Source: a bacterium
GTDB lineage: Bacteria > SZUA-182 > SZUA-191 > JAJRXT01
Direction: 5' to 3'
Length of the DNA: 60,048 nucleotides
NCBI GenBank assembly: GCA_024277675.1
Contig: JAJRUS010000139.1
Span: 1 to 60,048 of the forward strand
Under the pieces are notes generated by a model. It saw only the letters and a list, made by a program, of their open reading frames with translations. It ran no database searches and was not told the origin of the DNA. The translations under genes were made by a program, and so were the position numbers. Below, piece after piece: positions 37,954 through 48,090 of the stretch. Each line of letters starts with the position of its first letter. Positions within the stretch are counted from its first letter, which is position 1.

Positions 37954-39108
37954 TTACTTACTGGCGCTTTCTTTTATAAGTTGTAAGGCGATTACGTTGC
38001 GTTGTATCTGATTGGTGCCCTCATAAATCTGGGTAATCTTGGCATCCCGCATCATCTTCTCCACCGGATACTCCCGCATATAGCCGTAGCCTCCCAGAAT
38101 CTGCACCGCATCGGTGGTGACTTTCATACACATATCAGCGGCAAACAGTTTACACATGGCGGAGACCTTGGATACATTCCTGGCGCCGCTATCCACATGT
38201 CTGGCGGTTGCATAAACCAGCGCCCGGGCGGCCTCGATCTGGGTGGCCATATCGGCCAGCATATGCTGGATAGCCTGGAACGAGGAAATGGGTTTGCCGA
38301 ACTGCACCCGCCGGCGGGCATAGCTAAGCGCCTCATCCAACGCACCCTGGGCGATACCCACCGCCTGCGCCCCAATTCCGGGGCGGGTGCAATCCAGCGT
38401 CTTCATGGCTACGATGAACCCCATGCCTTCCCTGGCTAATAAATTTTCTTTGGGCACGCGGCAATTCCTGAAGATAAGTTCAGTGGTGGATGAGCAACGG
38501 ATGCCCATTTTTTTCTCTTTTTTGCCGAAACTAAAACCCTCCCAGCCCTTCTCTACAATAAAAGTGCTGGCACCCCGGCTGCCTTTAACTTTATCAGTCA
38601 TGGCTACTACGGTATAGGTATCAGCTTCTCCGCCGTTAGTAATCCACTGTTTAGTGCCGTTTAGTACATAATGATCCCCATCGGCTACCGCGGTGGTCTG
38701 GATACCGCCGGCATCACTGCCGGCCTCCGATTCGGTCAGCCCAAAGGCGGCCAACTTTTTGCCGCTGGCTATATCAGGCAGGTATTTTTGTTTCTGAGCT
38801 TCATTACCAAACAGCAATATAGGATAAGTCCCCAGGCCGCTCGCCGCATAACACACCGCCACCCCGCCGCAGGCCCGACTGATCTCCTCGGTAGCCAGGC
38901 ATAACTCAAAACAACCGCCGCCCATCCCGCCGTACACTTCAGGAATATATAAGCCGCACATATCAGACTCAGCCAACACCTTCATGATTTCCCAGGGGAA
39001 TTCCTCTTTTTCATCCAGTTCAGCCCGCACCGGCACAATTTTTTCCTGGGCGATCTGACGGGCTAAATCCCTAATCATCTGTTGTTCTTCAGTAAGAAAA
39101 TAATCCAT
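37954..39108 (-). CDS. Acyl-CoA dehydrogenase (Bcd/CarC-like)
   Basis: FGLTESEAGSDA, GTKQWITNG, KMGIR, QILGGYGY, IYEGTNQIQR. Confidence 0.95.
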   Translation of the reverse strand: MDYFLTEEQQMIRDLARQIAQEKIVPVRAELDEKEEFPWEIMKVLAESDMCGLYIPEVYGGMGGGCFELCLATEEISRACGGVAVCYAASGLGTYPILLFGNEAQKQKYLPDIASGKKLAAFGLTESEAGSDAGGIQTTAVADGDHYVLNGTKQWITNGGEADTYTVVAMTDKVKGSRGASTFIVEKGWEGFSFGKKEKKMGIRCSSTTELIFRNCRVPKENLLAREGMGFIVAMKTLDCTRPGIGAQAVGIAQGALDEALSYARRRVQFGKPISSFQAIQHMLADMATQIEAARALVYATARHVDSGARNVSKVSAMCKLFAADMCMKVTTDAVQILGGYGYMREYPVEKMMRDAKITQIYEGTNQIQRNVIALQLIKESASK

Positions 39109-39215
39109 AGTAATTCCTCTTTGTTGAAAACCGCCAACAAAAATTCTGGCAAGCTTTACAAATCATGTTAAGTTTTTAACCTTAATGATTCGGGCGTTAT
39201 TATTAGTAAATAAAC

Positions 39216-40199
39216 CTACCACCTGATCAAAGCCGCCGCCCAGGCCAAACCGCTTCCGAAGGCGGACAACAATACCAGATCTCCCCGTTTTAAGCGGCCA
39301 TTACGGGCAGCCTCATCTAAGGCAATAGGAATAGAAGCAGCTGAGGTGTTGCCATACTTGTGAATAATGGAATATACCTTATCCAGGGGAAGGGATAAGG
39401 CGTTAGCTACGGCCTGGATGATGCGACTATTGGCCTGATGGGGAACAAAAAGAGCTACATCTTCGATAGTGAATCCGTTATCTTTTAAAATGGTTTGGGC
39501 TGATTCGGTTAAGTTACGCACCGCTATTTTAAATATTTCGTTACCCTTCATTTTAATATGATGTAATCCTTCAGTTATTGTTTTATGACTTGCAGGTAAC
39601 CTCGAACCACCGGCCGGCATAACCAGCAAATCGGCAAAAGAGCCGTCGGTATATAATCGGATATCAATAATGCCCCGCCGATTATCATCGCCGGCCTGTA
39701 CCACCGCTGCTCCCGCTCCATCGCCGAATAATACGCAGGTATTGCGGTCACTCCAATCTACTGTTTTGGAAATGGTCTCCGCACCGAGAATCATGATATT
39801 TTTATAGCTACCGGACAACAAAAACTGCTCAGCTACCTTCAGCCCATAGACGAAACCCGAACAAGCGGCATTAAGATCAAAGGCGGCGGCATTCTCAGCC
39901 TCAAGCTGGTGTTGAATCAGGCAGGCCGTGGCTGGAAACACCCGGTCCGGGGTTACGGTGGCTACAATGATCAAATCCAACTCAGCCGCCGTAATCCCGG
40001 CAGCATCCAGCGCAGCCGTAGCTGCCGGTACTGCCAGATCGGAGGTGGCTATATTGTCTTCCGCTAACCGGCGCTCACTAATACCGGTACGGGTTTGAAT
40101 CCATTCGTCCGAAGTATCCACCTTTTTTTCTAAATCGAAGTTGGTGAGCACCCTTTCCGGGAGGTAGGAGCCGGTGCCGATAATTATTGCGCGTGCCAA
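39216..40199 (-). CDS. fabH: 3-oxoacyl-ACP synthase III
   Basis: AACSGF, PHQAN, GNTSAASIP. Confidence 0.96.
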   Translation of the reverse strand: MARAIIIGTGSYLPERVLTNFDLEKKVDTSDEWIQTRTGISERRLAEDNIATSDLAVPAATAALDAAGITAAELDLIIVATVTPDRVFPATACLIQHQLEAENAAAFDLNAACSGFVYGLKVAEQFLLSGSYKNIMILGAETISKTVDWSDRNTCVLFGDGAGAAVVQAGDDNRRGIIDIRLYTDGSFADLLVMPAGGSRLPASHKTITEGLHHIKMKGNEIFKIAVRNLTESAQTILKDNGFTIEDVALFVPHQANSRIIQAVANALSLPLDKVYSIIHKYGNTSAASIPIALDEAARNGRLKRGDLVLLSAFGSGLAWAAALIRW

Positions 40200-40202
40200 A
40201 AC

Positions 40203-41237
40203 TCAGGTTTTCCTTTCACTAATGCTGCTCCACAATTTAGCGGCCTTACTGCGTTGAATAATATTGGCCTCTATATGTTCATTTACGTTATGTTTTACAA
40301 ATTCCGAGGCCACCCGAATAGCATTCTTAATAGCCTTGGCGCGGGATTTACCGTGGCAGATAATACAAACCCCATTCATGCCTAATAACGGTGCACCGCC
40401 ATATTCAGAATAATCGATCCGCTGCCTCAACCCGATCAGTGAGCTTTGCAGCAATCGCCCGCCTATTCTATTTAAAAAGCTTTTTTCCGCTTCCCGCTTA
40501 AAGAGTATGCTAAGCGTATCCGCCAGCGCCTCACTCATCTTGAGCGCCACATTTCCGGCAAAACCGTCACATACAATCACATCCGCATCGCCATTATAAA
40601 TATGCTTACCTTCCACATTGCCAAAAAAATTAAGCGGAATTTCTTTTAGTAGTTCATGTGTCTGCTTGGTAAGCTCATTCCCCTTGCCCGGTTCCTGTCC
40701 AATGTTCAATAAACCGATTTTCGGGTCAGCAATCCCCATTACATCCTGGGCGTACATCTTCCCCATAATGGCAAATTGAAGCAGATGGAAAGGCTTACAA
40801 TCCACATTAGCCCCTACATCCAGAATAAGAGTCAGCCCCTTCATCGAAGGCAGTAGCGCCGCAATTGCCGGGCGTTCAACGCCTTTTAACGAACCAAGCG
40901 TTAACTTGGCGCAAGCCATAGCCGCACCGGTATTACCGGCGCTGATCATGGCCTGAACCTCACCGTTTTTAACCGCTAAGGCAGCTTTAAATAGAGATGA
41001 ATCCCTTTTGCGCCGCAGTACGGTCACAGGGGCCTCATCCATACCGACTACATCGGCGGCGGGAATCACCTGTAGCTTAAGCCCGCTGGTATCATGTTTG
41101 GCCATTTCCTGCCGGACAACCTGTTCGATTCCCACCAGGCAAACTTCCAGATCGTACTCTCTGGCAGCCCAAATAGACCCTTCGACCACTGCTTCCGGGG
41201 CATTATCGCCCCCCATTGCATCAATGGCAATTTTCAT
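40203..41237 (-). CDS. plsX: Phosphate acyltransferase PlsX
   Basis: IAIDAMGGDNAP, SAGNTGA, DGFAGNVALK. Confidence 0.96.
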   Translation of the reverse strand: MKIAIDAMGGDNAPEAVVEGSIWAAREYDLEVCLVGIEQVVRQEMAKHDTSGLKLQVIPAADVVGMDEAPVTVLRRKRDSSLFKAALAVKNGEVQAMISAGNTGAAMACAKLTLGSLKGVERPAIAALLPSMKGLTLILDVGANVDCKPFHLLQFAIMGKMYAQDVMGIADPKIGLLNIGQEPGKGNELTKQTHELLKEIPLNFFGNVEGKHIYNGDADVIVCDGFAGNVALKMSEALADTLSILFKREAEKSFLNRIGGRLLQSSLIGLRQRIDYSEYGGAPLLGMNGVCIICHGKSRAKAIKNAIRVASEFVKHNVNEHIEANIIQRSKAAKLWSSISERKT

Positions 41238-41240
41238 GAT

Positions 41241-41426
41241 CTATTTTTGCGCTTCAAGTCTAATTATCTCTTGGCCATTATAATAGCCACAATCCATACA
41301 TACCCGATGGGGAAGTTTTACTTCCTGGCACTGGGGGCAGGTGGTATATTGGGTAGCGGTCAATTTTTTGTGAGTGCGGCCCTTATCCCGCTTGGATCTG
41401 GATATTTTTCTCTTCGGTAAAGCCAT
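41241..41426 (-). CDS. rpmF: 50S ribosomal protein L32
   Basis: MALPKRK...CPQC...PHRVCMDCGYY. Confidence 0.95.
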   Translation of the reverse strand: MALPKRKISRSKRDKGRTHKKLTATQYTTCPQCQEVKLPHRVCMDCGYYNGQEIIRLEAQK

Positions 41427-41496
41427 TTCAAAACTCCCAACTATAGTATAATATAGTGATTTTTCACAAAACAGTCACTTTTTTTGGCAAACAATA

Positions 41497-41525
41497 ATAA
41501 TAATGTCCAGCCTCAACTTTGTCAA
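41497..41525 (-). promoter_or_regulatory. Sigma70 promoter of the rpmF-fab operon
   Basis: Minus strand TTGACA-17 bp-TATTAT. Confidence 0.55.
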
Positions 41526-41694
41526 GGGAAAATAGGTTTTTAATTAGGTTTTTGCAAATAACCTGAATTAGGTGTAAAACTGCTTGAATATATTGGACTT
41601 AATTTCATTTTGAACATTAATTTCGTAAATTTTCAATAAGAATATTACCGGGAAGCTGATAAACTCGAAGCGCTGAACCAAACACAGATTCGCA

Positions 41695-42411
41695 TCAGAT
41701 AAGATCCGAATTGTTGGGGTTCAGCAACTGCTGTAAGGCCCTGAATGAACATTCACTTAAGTTTATCTCTGAGTATCGCCGGCCGATCCGATCCAGCCGA
41801 TGGGCATCAGAGAAGGTAAAAAAATGAAACGGAGCAGCTTGAGAAAGAACTTTCTGTTGAGAAAGACCTTCCTCTCGGGCGAAATTTTCCTGTAAATAAC
41901 TACTAAAAGAGATGTTTTTCAGTTCAAAAGCATTGATATTGTATTTACTGATAATCTCCGGGAAAAAGGCTTGACGCGGTGGGGTTTTATCCAAATGATC
42001 GCTGATTATCAACCCACCCGCAGCAAGTACTTCAGCAATAATAGTTTCAAGGCCGACCGGAATTCGAAAATGACAGTCCCCCTGATGTCGGCATTCAATC
42101 CCTAAATCGGCTAACAACCTATCCAGTTCGCCCTTAGGTTTATGCTCATCAAATATAGCCAACAGATATACCTCATTCAGCTCTCCCACCCGGGTGGACA
42201 ATTCCACTCCCGGAAGCACCACCAGGCGGGTTTGCCGGGCCGCCAGCCGCAGCTTATCCACATACTCAACCGAGTGATGGTCGGTAACGGCAATCATATC
42301 CAACCCTGATTCCAATGCCCGGCAGACTATTTTCCGGCTTATATTATCCGTTTGTGTCTCAGCAAAGCAGCGGGAAGCCGGGGTATGGATATGAAGGTCC
42401 AGTCGATACAT
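41695..42411 (-). CDS. PHP-domain metal-dependent phosphoesterase
   Basis: DLHIHT, AVTDHH, PGVEL, SDAH...IG; start placed at MYRLDLH. Confidence 0.85.
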   Translation of the reverse strand: MYRLDLHIHTPASRCFAETQTDNISRKIVCRALESGLDMIAVTDHHSVEYVDKLRLAARQTRLVVLPGVELSTRVGELNEVYLLAIFDEHKPKGELDRLLADLGIECRHQGDCHFRIPVGLETIIAEVLAAGGLIISDHLDKTPPRQAFFPEIISKYNINAFELKNISFSSYLQENFAREEGLSQQKVLSQAAPFHFFTFSDAHRLDRIGRRYSEINLSECSFRALQQLLNPNNSDLI

Positions 42412-42418
42412 TATATGG

Positions 42419-43054
42419 CTAAACCAAAGAGGCCGGGCATAGGGTATTAATACAGCAATCTTCATGCAGGGGGCGGCGGGCTTTACATACCTTACGCCCG
42501 TGATGAATCAGTAAATGGGAAAAGATAACCCAATCCTGTTTGGGCACTTGTTCCATAAGTTCAAATTCAATTTTAACCGGGTCATTCCGGCTGGTAAGCC
42601 CCAGCCGCTGGGTTAGCCGGCTTACATGGGTATCCACCACCATTGACGGAATACCAAAATATGAACCCAACACCACATTGGCTGTTTTACGGCCCACCCC
42701 TTCCAGTTGCACCAGTTTATCTAAGCTGGCGGGCACCTGCCCCCCATATTTTTCCAGCAGGGATTTGCTACAGTTGATAATGCTTTTAGCCTTATTTTTA
42801 TAAAAACCGGTGGAGCGTATATCCTGTTCCAGTTCCGATTGATCTGCTTTAGCATAATCCATCGCGGCGGGGTATTTTTTAAATAACCGCCCGGTCACTT
42901 GATTTACACGCTCATCGGTACACTGAGCAGAAAGAATAGTAGCCACCAATAATTCAAGCGGATTGCCAAAGCTCAGGGAACATCCGGCATCAGGATACTC
43001 CGTCTTTAATAGCTTAATTATCAGTAACAGCCGTTCCTTAAGTTGTAAGGGCAT
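42419..43054 (-). CDS. nth: Endonuclease III
   Basis: LLVATILSAQCTD, HhH LEGVGRKTANVV, VDTHV; Fe-S motif C-X6-H-X2-C-X5-C. Confidence 0.95.
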   Translation of the reverse strand: MPLQLKERLLLIIKLLKTEYPDAGCSLSFGNPLELLVATILSAQCTDERVNQVTGRLFKKYPAAMDYAKADQSELEQDIRSTGFYKNKAKSIINCSKSLLEKYGGQVPASLDKLVQLEGVGRKTANVVLGSYFGIPSMVVDTHVSRLTQRLGLTSRNDPVKIEFELMEQVPKQDWVIFSHLLIHHGRKVCKARRPLHEDCCINTLCPASLV

Positions 43055-43060
43055 GCCGGA

Positions 43061-43453
43061 CTAATCGGTTAAACTGATGGTAATTTCAGGAGGATTTTGG
43101 ATGGTATTATGCACCAAACAATGCTCAGCTACCTTGATAATAGCTTGTTGTCTATCTTTAGCCTTGATTTTGGGGAGTTTAATATCTACGGTAATACTGC
43201 CTATGCGGGCCGGATTTGTGGCTTTTTCCCACTCTAAACTCAGCATCATATCACTGGGGTTAATGCCGACATTCTTGCAATAATTTAAGACATATACCCC
43301 CATGCAGGAAGCCAGGGAAGCTACAAAAACCTCCGGTGGGGTCATACCCTTATCGGTGCCTTCCTCTCCCAGCGGCTGATCCACTAAAAGCTGATGTCCC
43401 CGAGTGGTTACCATAAACTTCCTGCCACCCTTAAAAGCAACCTTCATCTCCAT
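43061..43453 (-). CDS. OsmC-family protein
   Basis: DQP..G..G.TPPE, ASLASC, CLVHNT. Confidence 0.88.
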   Translation of the reverse strand: MEMKVAFKGGRKFMVTTRGHQLLVDQPLGEEGTDKGMTPPEVFVASLASCMGVYVLNYCKNVGINPSDMMLSLEWEKATNPARIGSITVDIKLPKIKAKDRQQAIIKVAEHCLVHNTIQNPPEITISLTD

Positions 43454-43613
43454 AAAATTAAACCCTTTGTATAAATCATTGAAATTAACGAAAAAATAGA
43501 CTCCACCGGCTTAAGTACAGGCTTAAAAAGTAACATTATCGCCCATAAATTGTCAAGCCCTTTTATCTTCGAAAAATGTTTAGTTTAAACTGACGTAATT
43601 TGCCAGACAAAAA

Positions 43614-44618
43614 TCATTTGAAATGTTCATACCCTTTTTTGGGGATAACCGGTTGCCCGTTGCTATCAATAAAATGGATTCCCCGCGCTCCTGATTCAAT
43701 GCAACCGATAACCGATAGTGGGGTTTGGTGTTGTTTAGTAAATTCCTGTATCAAATGATCAAGCTTATCAGCAGGTACGGTAAATAGCAGTTCATAGTCT
43801 TCCCCGCCGCCAAGCGCCAACTCGTAAACCGAAAGGCCCAACTGTCGGGCGGCATCCGCTACTGCCTGGGAAATAGGCAATCGATTAAGCCAAATTTCAG
43901 CCCCTACGTTACTTTCTTTAGTCAGTTGTTTAATATCAGATGCCAGCCCATCGCTTAAATCTATCATCGAACTGGCCCGTCTGCTCTTTGCGATCAGGCG
44001 CGCCTCTTTACATAGCGGGGTGGGGGTAAGTTGCCGTTTTACCAAGCCTGGATGGGAGTCTGGCTTGTTGGCCCTAAGTAGCGCCAGCCCGGCCGCCGCT
44101 TCACCCAGGCAGCCGGTAACCAGCAGATGATCGCCCGGTTTTGCGCCCCGCCGGCTGAGCAATAGCTCTTTTTCTACCTCACCCCACAGGCTGATACTGA
44201 TCATTATGGTATTGGGGGAGGCCGAGGTGTCCCCACCAATTATGGCAGTTCCATACTGCTCCCCCAGCGCTTTTAACCCATCGTAGAGTTCAGTGACAAA
44301 CTCCAGGGTTGTATCCGCAGGTAAAGCCATACTTACTAAAGCATAACGCGGTACGCCGCCCATAGCGGCAATATCGCTTAAATTCACTGCCAGCGCCTTA
44401 TGCCCCAGTTGATGCGGAGTGATATAGTTTAAATCAAAGTGTACCCCTTCCAGCAACAGGTCACGGCTCAGCAAGCCCAATTTTGCACCGGGCAGGGAAA
44501 ATGCCGCCGCATCGTCCCCAATTCCCAATACTACATTGGGGGAAGAAGTTGCCAGCCTTTTTTTTATCTGAGCCAGCAGCTTAAATTCACCTATATCGGA
44601 AATTTTTTTCTTGTTCAT
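43614..44618 (-). CDS. thiL: Thiamine-monophosphate kinase
   Basis: GIGDDAA, AVNLSDIAAMGG, GGDT, DLSDGL, GGEDYELLF. Confidence 0.95.
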   Translation of the reverse strand: MNKKKISDIGEFKLLAQIKKRLATSSPNVVLGIGDDAAAFSLPGAKLGLLSRDLLLEGVHFDLNYITPHQLGHKALAVNLSDIAAMGGVPRYALVSMALPADTTLEFVTELYDGLKALGEQYGTAIIGGDTSASPNTIMISISLWGEVEKELLLSRRGAKPGDHLLVTGCLGEAAAGLALLRANKPDSHPGLVKRQLTPTPLCKEARLIAKSRRASSMIDLSDGLASDIKQLTKESNVGAEIWLNRLPISQAVADAARQLGLSVYELALGGGEDYELLFTVPADKLDHLIQEFTKQHQTPLSVIGCIESGARGIHFIDSNGQPVIPKKGYEHFK

Positions 44619-44779
44619 TGACCAAGACTGTTAGATTTTTTACAAAAATTTTTCATGAAGAACCCAGGGATGCAGGAAGGAGAAAATTTGGGTATGATGT
44701 TATTTTTATCTACCTTCCCTTCCGGCCACAATTCTGTTCTATCTGCCTGAAAATCTAATCAAATCTACGTACTATAATT

Positions 44780-45637
44780 TTATTTTAGGCACAATTTTGA
44801 AACGTTATCAGCCAGTTCAGCAAAACCCTCCAGGCTGATGGTTTCCCCCCGTACACTGCCGTCTATCCCGGCATCAGCTAAGGCCGCTTTAAGCGATGAC
44901 ACCGGCAAATTTAGTGATGCGGCACGGCTTAGCGCATTAAGAATAGTCTTGCGCCGCTGGGCGAAGGCGGCTTTTACCAGCTTAAAAAATAATTCCTCAT
45001 CCTTGACAACTACCCTAGGTTCTACTAAAGGGGTAAGTTTTACCACCGCTGAATCCACTTTGGGCCGGGGGCTGAAACATTCACTGGGCACCGACATTAT
45101 ATGTTCGACATCCATATGATATTGGATGGCTAAAGTCAAGCTGCCGTAAGCCTTAGTACCTGGCTCGGCTGCCAGCCGCCGGGCAAACTCGGCCTGAAAC
45201 ATTATTGTCAACTGCTCAAACAATAGTTTATGCTTTATTAGCGTTAACAAAATCGGAGTGGAGAGGTAATACGGCAGATTAGCTACAAGCTTAAACCTGG
45301 CGGTTTTGCTTGCCAGATATTGCTCAGCCAACCGTTGATAGTCATATTTAGCGGCATCTGCCCGGATGATTGTCACATTGTGGTTATCCTTAAGCGCCTG
45401 CTGTAAGAACTCACATAACCGGGGGTCTATCTCCAACGCAATGACCTGTTTGGCGGCTTGGGCCAGATACCAGGTCAGCTTACCGGTTCCGGGGCCGATT
45501 TCTACTACCTGCTGCCGGGGAGTAAGCTTTGCCGCCTGGACAATTTGCTGTAGTATGGGGTGAGAGATCAGGTAGTGCTGCCCAAAATGTTTACGAGCCG
45601 GGGGAATCCGCAGGCTAGGGCCGTCAGCAGAAAGCAT
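44780..45637 (-). CDS. rsmA: 16S rRNA adenine dimethyltransferase
   Basis: FGQHYL, EIGPGTG, ANLPYY, FSPRPKVDS. Confidence 0.95.
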   Translation of the reverse strand: MLSADGPSLRIPPARKHFGQHYLISHPILQQIVQAAKLTPRQQVVEIGPGTGKLTWYLAQAAKQVIALEIDPRLCEFLQQALKDNHNVTIIRADAAKYDYQRLAEQYLASKTARFKLVANLPYYLSTPILLTLIKHKLLFEQLTIMFQAEFARRLAAEPGTKAYGSLTLAIQYHMDVEHIMSVPSECFSPRPKVDSAVVKLTPLVEPRVVVKDEELFFKLVKAAFAQRRKTILNALSRAASLNLPVSSLKAALADAGIDGSVRGETISLEGFAELADNVSKLCLK

Positions 45638-45649
45638 TTTGGCTGTTCC

Positions 45650-46561
45650 TTATGGCGAGGTATAGCTTATCTTATTTAACCGCCCGATAATATCTCCCAA
45701 ACCGATAGCATTTTCAGCTATGCCCTCCAAGGGGACTAAATCTTCAGACATCAAGGCCCAGATACGTCCTTCCTTGGTACCGAAGATATTCTTGTTCACC
45801 TTAATCTTCATCACCGTACCTGGAATATCATCCCAACGCTGCCGGCGGCGCTGTTTTTTCTCCTGCTTGTCATTCAGCACTTCTATTATATATTTATCTA
45901 TCCCCTTGTCGGGAATGGATGGAATCCAATATTTCTTCCCCTTCCGAATTTTGCCGAACGCCCCCGCCCTGAGATTATAAAAGGCGGAGAGAATATCGTG
46001 ATAGGTTACCCCCTTCGGGATATCATAGCAATTCTGACTTACAATGCGATGGTTGCGAACTATTGCATAATCTATTCTGTTATTTTCATAATCAAACCAG
46101 TCGAAGCTTTGATCTACTAAATCGCCTATAGTTACCGTTCTTTCAAACTGCAAGGGTCGCAAGCGCCGTCCGTCAGCCGTCTCTTCCATATAGGAGACAT
46201 ACCGATTCTCACGGTAGTTGGTCAACCAACCCACCAACCCCTTGGTCTTAGCCCACATGGTGGCCTTATACTGACCGCTTAGGTTATCCTGCTTAAAGCT
46301 GATTACGCAATCGGCTATATGACTGAACAAAAAAACCCCTAACTGATAATCCAGTCTTTCGCCTAAAAACCGTTGCGCAATAGATTTGGCCCCGGCCCTT
46401 GTGCTGGCCGTTTCACTTACCAAATCAGGTCTCTCTCCAGCCCAGGTGGTTGCCGCCCCTATATGGGTGTCTTGATCTTTGAGCGCCAGCCAGCCCAGGA
46501 GCAGTGAGATTGTTAGAGTTGATGCTATATAATATTTGCGTTTCAAATTAATCAATCCCAA
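45650..46561 (-). CDS. Exported protein, DUF3108-like
   Basis: N-terminal TM segment; GERLDY, DILSAFYNLR. Confidence 0.6.
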   Translation of the reverse strand: MGLINLKRKYYIASTLTISLLLGWLALKDQDTHIGAATTWAGERPDLVSETASTRAGAKSIAQRFLGERLDYQLGVFLFSHIADCVISFKQDNLSGQYKATMWAKTKGLVGWLTNYRENRYVSYMEETADGRRLRPLQFERTVTIGDLVDQSFDWFDYENNRIDYAIVRNHRIVSQNCYDIPKGVTYHDILSAFYNLRAGAFGKIRKGKKYWIPSIPDKGIDKYIIEVLNDKQEKKQRRRQRWDDIPGTVMKIKVNKNIFGTKEGRIWALMSEDLVPLEGIAENAIGLGDIIGRLNKISYTSP

Positions 46562-46587
46562 AATTTTAGTCGGTTATGCTAAACAGT

Positions 46588-47577
46588 TTACAGCCGTGGA
46601 CGGCTGGCCAGTTTAAGGGCGGCCACCAGACTGGCCGGATCAGCCAGCCCTTTACCGGCAATATCCCAGGCACATCCGTGTCCTACTGAGGTACGAATAA
46701 TGGGCAATCCCAGGGTGATATTTACCGCCTCCCGGGGCGCCCTCATTTTAAGCGGAATCAGGCCCTGGTCATGATACATAGCCAGCACGGCATCAAACTC
46801 ACCGTCAATGGCCCGGTAAAACAAACTATCAGCCGGCAAGGGGCCATATACCGCTATGCCTGATTTTTGGGCCTGGGTAACCGCCGGCTGGATGTGTGCC
46901 TGCTCCTCCTCCCCCAGCAAGCCTCCCTCCCCGGCGTGTGGATTCAAAGCCGCCACCGCAATCCGCGGGTGCAATACACCCCATTGAGGCAAACAGCAGT
47001 CTACCAACTTAATTATACGTAAGACCCTGTCTGCCGAAATCCTGGATGACACTTGACTAAACGGCAAATGCGTGGTTACCAACACTACCCGCAAGTCACC
47101 CCCCACTAGCATCATGGCATAATCACGGGTGCGGGTCAACTCACCCAGCAACTCGGTATGGCCGGGATAATTATAGCCTGCCTGCTGTAGGGCCTGTTTG
47201 CTAATGGGGGCGGTAGCAATGGCCGCAATTTCAGCATTTAAAGCCAGCTCGACCGCAGTCTTTATATATCGATATGCCGCCTCGCCGGTATATTTATCGG
47301 GCTTACCCGGTATAATCTGCGACAGCTTAAGCCGGGGAAAGTCCCATACGGCTATTTGGCCCGGCTTAAAAACCGCCCTCGCCAAGCTATCATTTACCGG
47401 TTGTAATTTAAGCGAAAGCCCCAAGCTTTTTTGAGTGTCTTCCAGCAATGAAAGATTACCCACCACCAACGGGCGGCAAAAATCATATACCCAAGGTAAG
47501 CTAAGCGCCTTTAATATTATCTCCGGGCCGATCCCGGCCCCATCTCCCAGGGTGATACCGATTATGGGTAATTCCAT
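46588..47577 (-). CDS. pdxA: 4-hydroxythreonine-4-phosphate dehydrogenase
   Basis: GDGAGIGPE, PGHTE, NPHAGE, MYHDQGLIP. Confidence 0.94.
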   Translation of the reverse strand: MELPIIGITLGDGAGIGPEIILKALSLPWVYDFCRPLVVGNLSLLEDTQKSLGLSLKLQPVNDSLARAVFKPGQIAVWDFPRLKLSQIIPGKPDKYTGEAAYRYIKTAVELALNAEIAAIATAPISKQALQQAGYNYPGHTELLGELTRTRDYAMMLVGGDLRVVLVTTHLPFSQVSSRISADRVLRIIKLVDCCLPQWGVLHPRIAVAALNPHAGEGGLLGEEEQAHIQPAVTQAQKSGIAVYGPLPADSLFYRAIDGEFDAVLAMYHDQGLIPLKMRAPREAVNITLGLPIIRTSVGHGCAWDIAGKGLADPASLVAALKLASRPRL

Positions 47578-47686
47578 GCTCAATCCTATAACCCGCCCTA
47601 AAGTAGTTGCACAGTTTGACTTACCGCTAAACTCAATATTATAATATTATCATGACGCTCTAAGATAAGTCTAGAACAAATCTTGA

Positions 47687-47880
47687 TGTGGCAGCCAAGT
47701 AAAAATATCACCATGAGGGCATGGAGACATACATATAGAGTCGCAGAAAATTAGAATAGGTTGCAGGTAGTGCAATTAAGCTTAGTGGGCAGGTATACGG
47801 TTAAGGAAGCGGCAGAAAAGTTGAAGCTGTCGCCGAGACACAGGTAAGGGGGTTGCGCAGGATGAGTGCATGCACCGGGA
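47687..47880 (+). mobile_element. IS remnant (ISNCY-like), copy 2, frameshifted
   Basis: TGTGGCAGCCAAGTAAAAATATCACC end; NRLQVVQLSLVGRYTVKEAAEKLKLSPR. Confidence 0.6.
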
Positions 47881-47886
47881 GCGGCT

Positions 47887-48057
47887 GGGAGGCCGGTCGG
47901 GCTTTGGAGTTCGTAGCGAGGAAAGTAAAGCAACATAGCCCATTTTTTCGATCATTCGAGGCGAACAATCATGACTGAAATAACTTGCCTATTTAACTAA
48001 AATGAACATGTTTATCACTTTTCGCAGTAGAACCACCTAAAGTCCGACGGGCCACCC
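47887..48057. mobile_element. Degenerate copy of the 27933 MITE
   Basis: Shares GTTCGTAGCGAGGAAAGTAA, ATGTTTATCACTTT and CTAAAGTCCGAC. Confidence 0.7.
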
Positions 48058-48090
48058 AGGTTTCGATCGCTACTATGAACGTACCGGATT

